Positions 39,005-49,931 of a stretch of 64,000 nucleotides of DNA are shown one piece after another. Position numbers and translations under genes: made by a program. The stretch is taken from NCBI GenBank assembly GCA_016839805.1, contig JAEOTO010000007.1, positions 21,171-85,170 of the forward strand, read 5' to 3'. Every line of letters begins with the position of its first letter. Within the stretch, counting starts at the first letter, position 1. The stretch comes from Candidatus Hermodarchaeota archaeon (GTDB taxonomy: Archaea > Asgardarchaeota > Hermodarchaeia > Hermodarchaeales > Hermodarchaeaceae). A model generated the notes under the pieces. It saw nothing but the letters and a program-made list of their open reading frames with translations. It did no database searches and was not told the DNA's origin.

Positions 39005-40228
39005 TTATATGGTTTCACTTCTTGCAGTCTCATGGAAAAGTAATGATACAACCAAAGCGATTACATTGAGGACTATCAGCATCATCATGGCCCAGAAGAA
39101 GGTCATCATGAAGTCGCTTACGAGGCTCATTAGAAGGATAAGTACGATACCGCCAGCTTGACCAAAGATCATTAGAACACCCGCTGATGTGCCTTCAGGG
39201 ATAGGTTTAGTCATTTCAGCGCCTGCTTGTAAACCGATGGGAAGGGCTGGCATCAAGAAAAAGCCGAGTAAGAAAGAAGAAACGAGCAGCACCATGTAAT
39301 CTGAATGATAGGCAAGGAGAAAGGTGAAGGGAATTGCCATTAGAAGTGAAAGTAGTATGAAAGGTTTCCGACGTTGTATTCTGTCTGAAAGCTCCGGTAT
39401 AATGACAGCACCGATGATTCCTCCAAAAATCATGATGGCACCGACAATGCCTGCTTGTGTCAAATCAACAATTCGTCCGAGGAGTATTTGTTCGATCCAA
39501 GTCGCAATACCATTGAAGATACCTAGTCCAATGAAGAAGAGCACAATGAGAATAAAGAATTGTTTGATGCCAAAGAGGCGACGTAAACCTGCCATCATTT
39601 TCTCATCTTCAGGTTCATCAACCATTGGAGGAGTTGGGGGGTATTCCTTTGCGAGGAACACAAAAAGAATGGCGGCAACAATGGCAATAGTTGCATAGAG
39701 CAGCATCATATTGGTAAATCCAATTGCGATGGTTGCGAAGGGAGTGACTAGTAAACCGAGTAAGATTCCAAGAAAAATTGCCATGGTACCCAATCCAGTA
39801 GCAAGCCCTCGTTCTTTAACTGGAAACCAGCGACGAGCAATTTTGGTTGGGCTATTAAACACAAAGGGTTGACCAATAGCAATACCTGCTGAAAAGATTA
39901 GAAGAAACAGATAAGTTGGGGAGAAGGCTCGGAATATGGCAAAGATTGCTGTAATAAATGCACCAACGGCACAGGCATAGCGGAATCCTTTGTTGTCGAT
40001 TAAATATGCTGAGGGTATTGATACAGGAATATAGACTACCATGAAAATCAAAGAAAGAAATGCAACATCTAGTTCAGTTACCCCAAATAGTATAGCAACG
40101 AGTGATGAGATGGGCGCAAAGGTAATCCAAAGAATTTGTGTAACTGCTGCAATAAACATGAACACTAACAAGACAATCCAACGGTATCCATAGGCTTGTG
40201 ATTCTTCTGTTGATGGCAAAGAAATCAT
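39005..40228 (-). CDS. MFS transporter (FLVCR-like)
   Basis: YRWIVL, WITFAPI, IDNKGFR, RWFPVKERGLA and SDRIQRRK motifs; 12 TM. Confidence 0.9.
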   Translation of the reverse strand: MISLPSTEESQAYGYRWIVLLVFMFIAAVTQILWITFAPISSLVAILFGVTELDVAFLSLIFMVVYIPVSIPSAYLIDNKGFRYACAVGAFITAIFAIFRAFSPTYLFLLIFSAGIAIGQPFVFNSPTKIARRWFPVKERGLATGLGTMAIFLGILLGLLVTPFATIAIGFTNMMLLYATIAIVAAILFVFLAKEYPPTPPMVDEPEDEKMMAGLRRLFGIKQFFILIVLFFIGLGIFNGIATWIEQILLGRIVDLTQAGIVGAIMIFGGIIGAVIIPELSDRIQRRKPFILLSLLMAIPFTFLLAYHSDYMVLLVSSFLLGFFLMPALPIGLQAGAEMTKPIPEGTSAGVLMIFGQAGGIVLILLMSLVSDFMMTFFWAMMMLIVLNVIALVVSLLFHETARSETI

Positions 40229-40504
40229 TCCTTAGATGTATTTTTTTTCAAGGTTAATTGTGGAACCCACTAAAACCATATGATAAGTTGTGCTAGTATA
40301 AATAGCCAAACATAACAGGGCTAGGAAGTTCAAAGGAATGATAGTACAATTGCTTCAAGAACAATTTTAACAGCAGCATTCAAAATTTTGAAAAGCAGCA
40401 ATTGATTCAGGATGGAGTAACTGATGAACTTTAAGAATCTATATGAAGCCACTTGCTTCTATAAATAGTCCAACGAATGTTACAGCTAAATGGATGTATG
40501 AACA

Positions 40505-42199
40505 ATGATTTTGATGAACCCAAGAGAATACAAACACACCTTTCCCGACGAACAAACACAACAAATTATGCAAAAAACAATCGCTTATTTCGAAAAACGA
40601 GGTAAACAAAAACTCAAAGAAGACGACCACAAACGTGAATTTTACACTGATTTTATCGAGTTCCAAAAGAACGAACAAATCTTCTACAATCTACTAACTC
40701 CCCCTCAATACAGTGACAAAAAAACACGCTGGGACATGTGGCGTAACTTTGCTTTTAATGAAATTCTAGCCTTCTACGGCCTCGCCTACTGGTATACCTG
40801 GCAAGTTAGTATTCTAGGACTGGGTCCTATTTGGATGAGTAAGAACGAGAACCTCAAGAAACAAGCAGCACAGCATCTAAAAGATGGAGCAGTATTCGCT
40901 TTCGGACTCTCCGAAAAAACCCATGGTGCAGATATTTACTCCACTGAAATGACCCTAACACCACAATCTGATGGGAGCTTTCTAGCAAACGGGTCCAAAT
41001 ACTACATTGGTAACGCTAACACAGCACCCATGGTCTCCACCTTTGGAAAAATGGCAGACACAAATGACTATGTCTTCTTTGTCGCGGACTACCGCAACCA
41101 GAATTATGATCTTGTGAAAAATGTGTGTAACAGCCAAAACTTCGTTGCTGAATTCGGTCTCCGAAACTACAAGATAACAAAAAATGAAATTTTATCACAG
41201 GGGCAAGACGCTTGGGACTCAGCTCTCAATACTGTCAACGTGGGTAAATACAATCTGGGCGTAGCATCCATTGGCATCTGTACACACGCTCTTTACGAAG
41301 CCATCAACCATGCGGCAAATCGACAATTATACGGTATGATGGTTACCGATTTCCCACACGTCAAGCAAATGCTCGTCGATGCTTATACCCGTCTTGTCGC
41401 CATGAAACTCTTCGCACTTCGTGCAGTCGATTACATGCGCATCGCATCTCCTAACGATCGTCGATACATCCTCTACAATACAATGGTGAAAATGAAAGTC
41501 ACATTGCAAGGCGAAGAAGTCATCAACCTCCTCTGGAATATCATTGCAGCCAAAGGCTTCGAAAAAGACACATACTTTGAAATGGCAGCTCGTGACATCC
41601 GAGCACTCCCTAAACTCGAAGGCACTGTCCATGTCAATTTGGCGCTGGTAGCGAAGTTTATCTTCAATTACTTTTTCAATCCAGCAGAGTACCCTGAAGT
41701 TTCACGTCAAGACAACTCACAACATGATGCCTTCCTCTTTGAACAAGGGCCCACTCGAGGTCTAGGAAAGATTCAATTTCACGACTATAATACCTCATTC
41801 AAGGAATATGATTTACCTAACGTGAACATTTTCCATGAACAAATTAGTGTCTTCAAGGAATTATTGGAAAAAGCAACACCCAACGCAGACCAACAACGCG
41901 ATACCGATTTCGCCATGGCCTTTACTGAACTTTTTGCTCTCATTGTTTATGGACAGCTTATTCTAGAAAACGCGAAAATCTATGAACTTGATGAGGAAAC
42001 CATTGACCAGATTTTTGATTTCCTCATTCGCGACTTCTCAAAATATGCCCTTCAGTTATTCAGTAAGTCAAGTATCACTGAAGAACAAGCGACATTCTGT
42101 GTGGAAATGTTTCGTAAACCTACACACAATCCTACACGGTTTCAGTATGTACTTGACCGAGTCATGGCACTTAATGGCACTTACGAAATGAACAAATGA
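40505..42199 (+). CDS. Acyl-CoA dehydrogenase
   Basis: AFGLSEKTHGAD, NGSKYYIGN, RQLYG and LPKLEGT motifs. Confidence 0.9.
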   Translation: MILMNPREYKHTFPDEQTQQIMQKTIAYFEKRGKQKLKEDDHKREFYTDFIEFQKNEQIFYNLLTPPQYSDKKTRWDMWRNFAFNEILAFYGLAYWYTWQVSILGLGPIWMSKNENLKKQAAQHLKDGAVFAFGLSEKTHGADIYSTEMTLTPQSDGSFLANGSKYYIGNANTAPMVSTFGKMADTNDYVFFVADYRNQNYDLVKNVCNSQNFVAEFGLRNYKITKNEILSQGQDAWDSALNTVNVGKYNLGVASIGICTHALYEAINHAANRQLYGMMVTDFPHVKQMLVDAYTRLVAMKLFALRAVDYMRIASPNDRRYILYNTMVKMKVTLQGEEVINLLWNIIAAKGFEKDTYFEMAARDIRALPKLEGTVHVNLALVAKFIFNYFFNPAEYPEVSRQDNSQHDAFLFEQGPTRGLGKIQFHDYNTSFKEYDLPNVNIFHEQISVFKELLEKATPNADQQRDTDFAMAFTELFALIVYGQLILENAKIYELDEETIDQIFDFLIRDFSKYALQLFSKSSITEEQATFCVEMFRKPTHNPTRFQYVLDRVMALNGTYEMNK

Positions 42200-42204
42200 A
42201 CTAA

Positions 42205-42774
42205 CTATTCATTCATTATTCGGTACTCATCCACCAGCAGATCCATTATGTACAAATCATAGAATTGGCCAAATCGCTGAATAGCTTCACGTTGACGACC
42301 CGTTTCCTTGAAACCTATTTTTTCATAGACTCGTTTACCACGGTAGTTGTACTCATAGCAAGTAAGATAGATTCTATGTAAGTTCAGAACATCAAAACCA
42401 AAGGTGACTAGGAGACTTACTGCCTCGGTTCCGAGCCCTTTATTCCAATGTTTCTTATTATGAATTGAGATGCCTAATTCAGCACTTCTATGAATTGCTT
42501 TCACTTTATTCAACCCACAAATCCCTAGAAAGGATTTGGGTTTTTGGAGTTCAATCGCAAATACATAATCAGTGCCTTCACGTCGTTGTCGTGTAAGTTG
42601 CTTAATCCATTCTTTCTCTTGCTCTGCTGAGACTGGTGTGATCGAATGAAGGGCTTGCCGAACTTCAAAATCGTTGAAATACCGGAGTATATCCGGAATA
42701 TCCTCAAATTCGGGACACCGTAATGTCACTCGTTCGCCATGAAACATAGGACAAACCAGCTTCTTGGGTTGCAA
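42205..42774 (-). CDS. GNAT N-acetyltransferase (RimJ/RimL family)
   Basis: AELGISI..WNKGLGTEA..LNLHRI..YEKIGF. Confidence 0.9.
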   Translation of the reverse strand: MQPKKLVCPMFHGERVTLRCPEFEDIPDILRYFNDFEVRQALHSITPVSAEQEKEWIKQLTRQRREGTDYVFAIELQKPKSFLGICGLNKVKAIHRSAELGISIHNKKHWNKGLGTEAVSLLVTFGFDVLNLHRIYLTCYEYNYRGKRVYEKIGFKETGRQREAIQRFGQFYDLYIMDLLVDEYRIMNE

Positions 42775-42960
42775 GTTAATTCACTTTTATTCCTGAAAAG
42801 ATTTCTATAACACCTTCTTCAAGGTTAATTCTTCAATGGGTGAATCTGGTGAAGTATAGTATCGACTTAATTTGTTTTCTCAGTATTAAGCAACAATGGA
42901 ACCAGGAGTTCTATATTCACTATATCTAACTCGCCGAGGATACCGGTTGGGATGGCTTCT

Positions 42961-43149
42961 TCATTTGGGAAGCCCAACATTCTTCAAGTGTTTTAATCCG
43001 GGAATTTTGGTAAATCGAGATTTTACTTCTTTGAAGCCTTTTTTCAACCATACAATTTGTTTGGCATTTTTGTGCTTTGGATGTTTGTGGGTTTTAACCT
43101 CCCTGCGAACGTAATGGCGAAAATCATAGTCCTTCACCATATCTAACAC
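42961..43149 (-). CDS. Small basic hypothetical protein
   Basis: 62-aa ORF co-oriented between the TetR and GNAT genes; no recognised family. Confidence 0.35.
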   Translation of the reverse strand: MLDMVKDYDFRHYVRREVKTHKHPKHKNAKQIVWLKKGFKEVKSRFTKIPGLKHLKNVGLPK

Positions 43150-43177
43150 CTCATCGCAGGTTTCACGTACTCACCTT

Positions 43178-43795
43178 TTATGCTCGATTCGATCGCATGG
43201 AAGTAATTGTGGTTTCTTTGCGGAGTACGCCTTCCTTGAGAATATCAATGAAGTCATGTAATCTATCTTCAGATTCACTAAGAAAATCTTCGCCAATCAC
43301 TCGAGCAAACAAACCTGAATACATGACGAAACTGGCAAACGCAAAGGCTGCAACCCGGGGATTCGTTCCATAGATATTTCTTTCACGAATTTGTTCATCA
43401 AAATACTCCGTAAGCTGTTTAACAATCGCATCAGGAATTGAAGACAGCGTTTCTAATACCTCAGGACGTTTCCTCCCCTCAGAAATCAACATAATAATCA
43501 GATCAGCGTTCTGCTCCGTAAACCTTAACAAATTACGACCCGTCTCAACTAAGAAATCACGCTTCTTGGTAACCTTCTCAGCCTGAAGAATGTAATCAAG
43601 TTTTCTCAACGTATCTTCTTGGGCTTTCTTCACCACAGCATCCAAGATGTTCGTCTTAGATTTAAATCGACGAAACAGCGTAACCTCGTTGACCCCAGCA
43701 TCCTCCGCTATACGCCTTGTAGTGGTTGCTTTGAAGCCATTTTTCACAAAGAGCGTCGTTGCGGCGTCGAGAATCTTCTTTTCAACTTCAGTCAT
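43178..43795 (-). CDS. TetR/AcrR family regulator
   Basis: ILDAATTLF..GF..TTTRRIAEDAGVNEVTLFRRFKSK. Start at ATG 43795. Confidence 0.93.
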   Translation of the reverse strand: MTEVEKKILDAATTLFVKNGFKATTTRRIAEDAGVNEVTLFRRFKSKTNILDAVVKKAQEDTLRKLDYILQAEKVTKKRDFLVETGRNLLRFTEQNADLIIMLISEGRKRPEVLETLSSIPDAIVKQLTEYFDEQIRERNIYGTNPRVAAFAFASFVMYSGLFARVIGEDFLSESEDRLHDFIDILKEGVLRKETTITSMRSNRA

Positions 43796-43800
43796 GATGC

Positions 43801-43816
43801 AAGTAAGCACTTGCTT
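43801..43816. promoter_or_regulatory. Candidate TetR autoregulatory operator
   Basis: Imperfect palindrome AAGTAAG-CA-CTTGCTT immediately upstream of the tetR start. Confidence 0.5.
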
Positions 43817-43990
43817 CACTTAAAAGGCTTATGTAATTGACAACTCACACACCATAAAATACTAGTTAGGATTTTTCCACCATCTAATAATCTAAAAATG
43901 TAAAAGCATGCACACTACATTACATACGAAATGCAAGGACGAGACATGAACCATTCTTGCGTTGAAATATTTCAATGGAAGGGATTTGAA

Positions 43991-44962
43991 ATGAGTGAAA
44001 TGCATTTATCCGAAGATGAAGAAAGACGAATGTACGAATACAAGGGATCACCGCTCCCGTTTGCGACGTTTCTAATCTTAGGTCTGATTTTCGTAATGCT
44101 GGCTATTTTTGGATTTACGGTGTTTGGACTTTTTTTGGGCTTCTTTCTCACCCTAATGCTCATCGGGTTTTTTGGTGTCCTGGCAATATTGTGCTTTATA
44201 CTGGTGCCAATGACCATTGCTATCAACCAACAATGGCAAGAAGCTATCATACTTCGATTTGGTAAATTCAAGCGACTCGTGGGTCCAGGCATGTTCTTTA
44301 AATGGCCAGGAATTGAACGATTTGTCCGACAGGACATCCGTATTCAAACCTTAGACGTTATGAAACAAGAAGTCATGACGAGAGACAACATCAGTTTATA
44401 TGTCGATGCCGTGGTCTTCATGAAAGTCACTAATACTGCCAAGAGCCTCATCAATATACAACGTGTCAATATGAGTACTGTTCAATATTCGCAAACAACG
44501 ATGAGAGATGTTATCGGCAACGTCGAATTAGATGAATTGCTCGCTCAACGTGATCAAATCGCAGATCGAATTAAAATGATTGTGGACAAAGAAACTGAAG
44601 AATGGGGAGTTGATATCCTCAGTGTCAACTTACAGAACATCGAATTACCAGCTGATATGAAACGTGTTATCGCCCGTCAAGCTGAAGCAGAACGGGAACG
44701 ACGTGCTGTAATCATCAAGAGTGAAGGTGAACTAATCGCTGCTCAAAACCTCCAAGAAGCTGTAGAAAAAATGAGTTCTCAAGCACTATATCTGCGAACA
44801 CTTTCAAGCCTTGAGGATATCAGCTTTGATCAAAGCAACACAATTGTCTTTGCTATTCCCATGGACATTGTAAGAGGCGAGGTTATGGGACTGGCTGGGC
44901 TTGTTGGGGCAGGTGAACCAGCACCTGTTCGTCAGCTTCGTCGAAGGAGAAAGCAAGAGTAA
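43991..44962 (+). CDS. SPFH/stomatin (band 7) membrane protein
   Basis: RFGK..GPG, QEVMTRDN, QTTMRDVIG..LDELL, WGV and QAEAERERRA motifs. Start at MSEMH; the ORF track starts at 43931. Confidence 0.92.
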   Translation: MSEMHLSEDEERRMYEYKGSPLPFATFLILGLIFVMLAIFGFTVFGLFLGFFLTLMLIGFFGVLAILCFILVPMTIAINQQWQEAIILRFGKFKRLVGPGMFFKWPGIERFVRQDIRIQTLDVMKQEVMTRDNISLYVDAVVFMKVTNTAKSLINIQRVNMSTVQYSQTTMRDVIGNVELDELLAQRDQIADRIKMIVDKETEEWGVDILSVNLQNIELPADMKRVIARQAEAERERRAVIIKSEGELIAAQNLQEAVEKMSSQALYLRTLSSLEDISFDQSNTIVFAIPMDIVRGEVMGLAGLVGAGEPAPVRQLRRRRKQE

Positions 44963-44987
44963 GTGTTTTCCAACTAAACATAAATTC

Positions 44988-45032
44988 GAGAGTCGATTAG
45001 GAATTGTCCTTTTCGACTCTTTTTATTCTTTT
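44988..45032 (+). terminator. Hairpin plus T-tract
   Basis: AGAGTCGA..AGGA-ATTG-TCCT..TCGACTCT followed by TTTT. Confidence 0.6.
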
Positions 45033-45312
45033 TAGGTTCTTTTTAATCATTGACGCATTGTTGTGATATTTCTAAGTCTCTTTTTTCCTAATCTGCTGGT
45101 TTCTACGGAATAAAATAACTTCATTGATAGGATTAATTTCTGCCATCATTGCAGACTTTTTCTTCAAATTACTGGGAGTTATCCAGTTTACCACAACACT
45201 CGTTGTTCAAAATATAATTTTAGTCTTTTTCATCGTTGCCTATCTAATAACGCGTAAACTTTCCAAGCCTGCTCTTAATTCAGTTAAATCGTCGTAATAG
45301 TGCTAAACGCCC

Positions 45313-46554
45313 CTATAATCGGCGCTGAATAAAGTCAAAAAAATCGTATATCCGTCGTTTGTGTTTACCAGGTATGATGATATGATGATTCGCAAGTGAG
45401 AGATTCAAGAAGTAGCTTACGGGTTCTGTAAGGGTTGCACGAATTTGGGTACGACATTGATTTTCATTCGTTAGATTTTTGGTGATAACACCCTCAGCGA
45501 CCCAGAAGTCGGTGAGTTCTTTGCCGAACATCTTGAATACTGTGATATCACGGAAAGGGAATCGACCGCGAATCGCGACGCTTTTGTCAGTTTCATAATG
45601 TGTCATTATTTTGTAGGATTCAAGAATTGTTGTAGGTACAGTACAATGGGCAAATACAACGGAGTTGTTATCAACATTAACATCAACGACATTTGCCATG
45701 AAGGCGGATTGGTGGGTTAAGAATTTGCTCACCATCATAGTGAAAGTTGAGGGCAAATCGCCCTCACAACCAGCGACAATTCCTTCCAGGGTATTTAGGT
45801 GAGACGTGGCATAACATGCCGAGATATCGGTTTTTTCAAGTAAGTCAAAACATTCGAGAGTAACAGCGTCTAATTCATGATTCTTTACTAATGCAGCGAG
45901 CGCTTGGGCTACAATAGCTGATTGTTGAATATGTTTGTTGTCACATTCAATTCCTTGCGCTTCAGAAAGAAACTGTTGCAAGTGTGGACTGAACTCTTCC
46001 CATAGGTCATCTTTGGTCATATCAATCAGAGTTTTCATGGGGTAGTCCTTGAACTCTACACCCCATTTACGAGACACAGCAGATCGATCAAGATTGGATG
46101 CGATTAGCCAAGATGACGATTTCCCAAAAACTCCAATTCGGCTAGATTGGATCCGGGATATGACTTCAGAGAAGTCACACCACTCATTAATACGAGGGAT
46201 GAGATTTTCGAGGGAATCATGGATTATACGTGCCGGAATATTCTGTAGTTGTAGAGCGGTTCGGATTTCCATTGCCGCAGGTAAAGAATTACTTCCCTCA
46301 TGACTAAGAAGAAGAATTGGTGAATTTAACTTTGCCTTAGAAATGAATTGAGCTATGTCGTTTTCCGTCCCACCCGTCCCTACGAATAAATAGTTGTGTT
46401 GCTCTCGAATGGATTTGTCGCGTTTTACTCCTTTTTCAAAGAATGATTCAACGGTGTACAGATTGGCATTCGTGTTTTTCAGTTTCGCGGTAATCGTTGA
46501 GATGCGTTGTTTTGGGGTGACAGTTGAAAAGAAGGTTATGATGTTTACAGTCAA
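45313..46554 (-). CDS. L-fucose/L-arabinose isomerase-like protein
   Basis: TGGTE, NSLPAAME, ECF, GCEGD, AHCTVP, CRTQ and NHH motifs. Confidence 0.8.
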   Translation of the reverse strand: MTVNIITFFSTVTPKQRISTITAKLKNTNANLYTVESFFEKGVKRDKSIREQHNYLFVGTGGTENDIAQFISKAKLNSPILLLSHEGSNSLPAAMEIRTALQLQNIPARIIHDSLENLIPRINEWCDFSEVISRIQSSRIGVFGKSSSWLIASNLDRSAVSRKWGVEFKDYPMKTLIDMTKDDLWEEFSPHLQQFLSEAQGIECDNKHIQQSAIVAQALAALVKNHELDAVTLECFDLLEKTDISACYATSHLNTLEGIVAGCEGDLPSTFTMMVSKFLTHQSAFMANVVDVNVDNNSVVFAHCTVPTTILESYKIMTHYETDKSVAIRGRFPFRDITVFKMFGKELTDFWVAEGVITKNLTNENQCRTQIRATLTEPVSYFLNLSLANHHIIIPGKHKRRIYDFFDFIQRRL

Positions 46555-46920
46555 ACCTATCCCTCATTGGGAGTTTTTACATAAATGGAACGTGTTCTTA
46601 GTCTATAGTATTGCTTCTTGGTTTAAAATCAATATTGTCAGGTGTCAGAAGCTGCTCGAGATTAATATCTGAGGATATGAGTCTCAGTTTCTCGTGAGTC
46701 AACGATCAGCATTGTATGCAGTCTTGATCCAGTTGACTACTTTATCGTCTATTTGTTCTATCTTCTTAATCACTCCCAGAATGATGAACGACTTGAAGTA
46801 TCTTATAATATTCCTCGTTTTACTATGGAAGAACAAAACTGTGAATTATGAATTTATTGATAAGGAAGAAGGTCGCTTGGTTGCCACTATTATTACGGTT
46901 CTTGATTTGGAGCGACCACG

Positions 46921-48393
46921 ATGAGTATTCTCGCACGGCTCTTCGGATTAAAAGAGGCAACTCCAGAAGGACTCCGACTAGCCAAGATCATTGCAATTTT
47001 GCTCCCTGCCTTCGCAATGTCGTTCCAAATCTCGACCACATTTTATATGATCTTTATTGCTGAGAATCTCGGTGGTGGTGATTACCTAGCAGGCATCGCG
47101 TTAGTAGGGCTACTAGTTGTTGTCCAAATGGCGATACAAACTGCACTCGATTATCCCACTGCCGCATTGGGTGATTGGATTGGTCATCGCTGGATTATTG
47201 CTTCAGCTATGGTGTGTTATGGGATTGCTTTTTGGCTGACCTCTATGGTTACCCATGCAACTCCATTCACACATTTCTTGCTCATCTATATACTATTTGG
47301 CTTGGGGGCTTCTCAGGAGAGTGGTGCATTCCAAGCGTGGTTCGATAATAACTACCGTGTTGCTATGCCACAGGATGAGGATCGCAAGCAATATGGTGTC
47401 TTTTCCGGAAAATTAGGAATGTTGTGGCAAATTGCATCAGTTTCTGTACTCATTCCAGGCAGTTTCTTTGCCTTAGTATACGGGCGAGAATGGGTCTTTT
47501 GGGTGCAAGCGATTCTTAGCTTCGTATTAACAATTGTTGTATTGACTGTCGTAAAAGATCTCCCAGGTGTCCGAAAGATGAGTCAAGAACGTCCGTCCCT
47601 TCGGGATTATGGGAAAATCCTCAAGGATGGGGTTAAATTTACTTTCTCATCACGGTTCATAAGTTTCATCATTTTTGGTGAAGTTCTCATCTGGGCTACT
47701 GGCGCACTCTGGTGGAACATCATTCTCTTTCCACTTTATTTTAGCTATCTTCTTACCGATGTAATGGTCTCCTTCTTTAGGACCATTATATTTATCCCAG
47801 AAGCTGTCATACAAGAACGTAGTGGTGTATTATCCAAACGATTTGACCCAATAAAATGGGTTCCTCGCTTCCGCTTTCTTCAATTCTGTGGGTTCACCTT
47901 TTATCTTCTTCTTGCCTTCACCACGTTCTTCTTCCCTCCACCTGACGCTAGCACTCCACTGCTCTTTATTCCGATCCCTTGGATTGCCCTTTACCCTATA
48001 CCGCATTTTTCAGCAATCTTCCTCATCTTTCCCATCACATCAATTATTCCTATTGTAATCATTTTCGTCATATTCTTAATTAGCGATGTATTTGCTGCCC
48101 TTGCACAGATTCTGAATCAACGCGTCTTAATCGATGTAGTTCCCAGTCATATTCGAAATAGCCTATATTCCTTTAGACCAACCCTAGCGATGTTAGTTGC
48201 TATGCCCTTAATGATTATTTTCAGTCTTGTTTTAACCATATACCGTTTCCCTCTGACCCTAGCCTTGGTTTCATTAGTTGCACTACTTGGAGCATATCTT
48301 TCAAAAAAGGGATTCAGCTATCCTATTCCCAAAGTGAAGGATGAACCTGATGCTGTTGCTGAAGAAATCGAACCCGAACCACCTAAAATCTAA
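46921..48393 (+). CDS. MFS transporter
   Basis: DYPTAALGDWIGHRW and SGAFQAW motifs; multi-TM. Confidence 0.85.
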   Translation: MSILARLFGLKEATPEGLRLAKIIAILLPAFAMSFQISTTFYMIFIAENLGGGDYLAGIALVGLLVVVQMAIQTALDYPTAALGDWIGHRWIIASAMVCYGIAFWLTSMVTHATPFTHFLLIYILFGLGASQESGAFQAWFDNNYRVAMPQDEDRKQYGVFSGKLGMLWQIASVSVLIPGSFFALVYGREWVFWVQAILSFVLTIVVLTVVKDLPGVRKMSQERPSLRDYGKILKDGVKFTFSSRFISFIIFGEVLIWATGALWWNIILFPLYFSYLLTDVMVSFFRTIIFIPEAVIQERSGVLSKRFDPIKWVPRFRFLQFCGFTFYLLLAFTTFFFPPPDASTPLLFIPIPWIALYPIPHFSAIFLIFPITSIIPIVIIFVIFLISDVFAALAQILNQRVLIDVVPSHIRNSLYSFRPTLAMLVAMPLMIIFSLVLTIYRFPLTLALVSLVALLGAYLSKKGFSYPIPKVKDEPDAVAEEIEPEPPKI

Positions 48394-49193
48394 AGCGTGA
48401 TACGAGTACAGGGCACTGTTGAATCACCTTGAATGTACCGACGTAAAATCCCAGGCTTCGTCATCCCAATTATTGCTACATTAGCCCCCGCATCCAAAAT
48501 GGGTTTAAACCCTTTGATTTCCTCTAACTTACCCCGCATCCCCTTCGTTATATCTGGTGACACAGATTCCTCAGCTAATTTTTCCACTTCATGAATGCGG
48601 CTTAATGTAATTTTTGGGATTAGTTTCGCCTTTGAATCTAGTTTAGGATCAGCAGTGTAAATCCCCGGGACATCAGTTGCAAAAATGATATGTTTGGGAT
48701 TCAACAGTTGAGCTAGGAGATGAATCACTTTGTCACCTGAGCAGACACTAAAACCGCGCTGGTCATCAGCGCACATATCGCCTCCTAATAACAATGTCAT
48801 GCCAAGATCCAGATATTGTCTAAGTCCACCACTGAAATGACCACTGATTTCACCATTAGTCATGAAGAAAATATTACTGGGCAAGAACACAACTGGTGCT
48901 AATCCTGCTTCTTGAAGAGCCTTCGTCACTGCAATTCTGAGGTCGAAGACTTCAACCATGGTTTGAGATAATCCGGGTAATTGTTTAGCATCTTGAAACC
49001 CCGCATATAGTTTACGTTTGATAACGGGTACATGGCCAAAGCTGCCAACGCCATGGACAATAATGCAAGGACCTAGAACTTCAGCAATTTCTTGTGTGAC
49101 GCGTTTGAGAATATCCTTGCGTAATGTGTAGGGTTTGTTTTTATCGGTGATGAGTGCACCACCGAGTTTGATAATGGTCAAATCCGTTACCAT
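48390..49193 (-). CDS. ipk: Isopentenyl phosphate kinase
   Basis: IKLGGALITDK, HGVGSFGH, SGD, TDVPGIY and DITKGMRGK motifs. Confidence 0.9.
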   Translation of the reverse strand: MVTDLTIIKLGGALITDKNKPYTLRKDILKRVTQEIAEVLGPCIIVHGVGSFGHVPVIKRKLYAGFQDAKQLPGLSQTMVEVFDLRIAVTKALQEAGLAPVVFLPSNIFFMTNGEISGHFSGGLRQYLDLGMTLLLGGDMCADDQRGFSVCSGDKVIHLLAQLLNPKHIIFATDVPGIYTADPKLDSKAKLIPKITLSRIHEVEKLAEESVSPDITKGMRGKLEEIKGFKPILDAGANVAIIGMTKPGILRRYIQGDSTVPCTRITL

Positions 49194-49306
49194 TGGCGTT
49201 ACAACTCCTTCATCTAATCCTTCCTTTTCGACACTCCATTTTGGTCCATGAAGGGGTAATGGGTGTAGGTATAGGGGTAAGTCCTGAAAAGGGCTTCTAA
49301 GGGGAA

Positions 49307-49787
49307 TTAGGGTAATGGAAAGAGATGCCAGAGGTAATGGGGGTACAAACCGAACCAGGAGAGAGCGAAAATTATGATTGTCGCTGCTAGTGGTATAAGG
49401 ATATTATCTGAATGTCGTGGGCTAAGAATCTCAACAATGGTTTTAACAGCAGAAACGATGAAAACCGGACCAATCAATGCTATAATGTTGATTGATGTGT
49501 AAACCGGGTCAATGATAAACCAATAGATACCCAGCAATCCAAAGGTAAAGAGGAGGCTAAAGAAGAACATCGCTAGACTGCCTTCAGCGTTTTTTTCACC
49601 GAATATTTTGAATTTATGCTTGCCATAGCGACGTCCTATGAGATCAGCGAAGCCGTCACCTCCTGCCAGGGGATCAAAGATTAGAAAGACAGTTGGAATG
49701 AAAATAGCGAAGTTAGGTGTACTGGTGTTATCTACTGGTGCAGTTGGTTACGTTGAATCCGATTAATGGGTTTACCATAGTGGACAC
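49307..49787 (-). pseudogene. Internally deleted phytol/dolichol kinase-family gene
   Basis: The N-terminus VSTMVNPLIGFNV is joined out of frame to a C-terminal half containing GGDGFADLIGRRYG..EKNAEGS..SDNILIP. Collinear with 49932-50786. Confidence 0.75.
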
Positions 49788-49931
49788 CTTTCTTGAATAG
49801 AAAGTATCAAAATGTTTTGAGTGAGTTTCTTTGTTATAAACAGCTAATATCTAAAGCTAGCAATCAAAGATCTTTGTCATCTATTTGCTTCATTTTTCAG
49901 TTTGATATGAGTGATAAGTCGAATTCTATGG

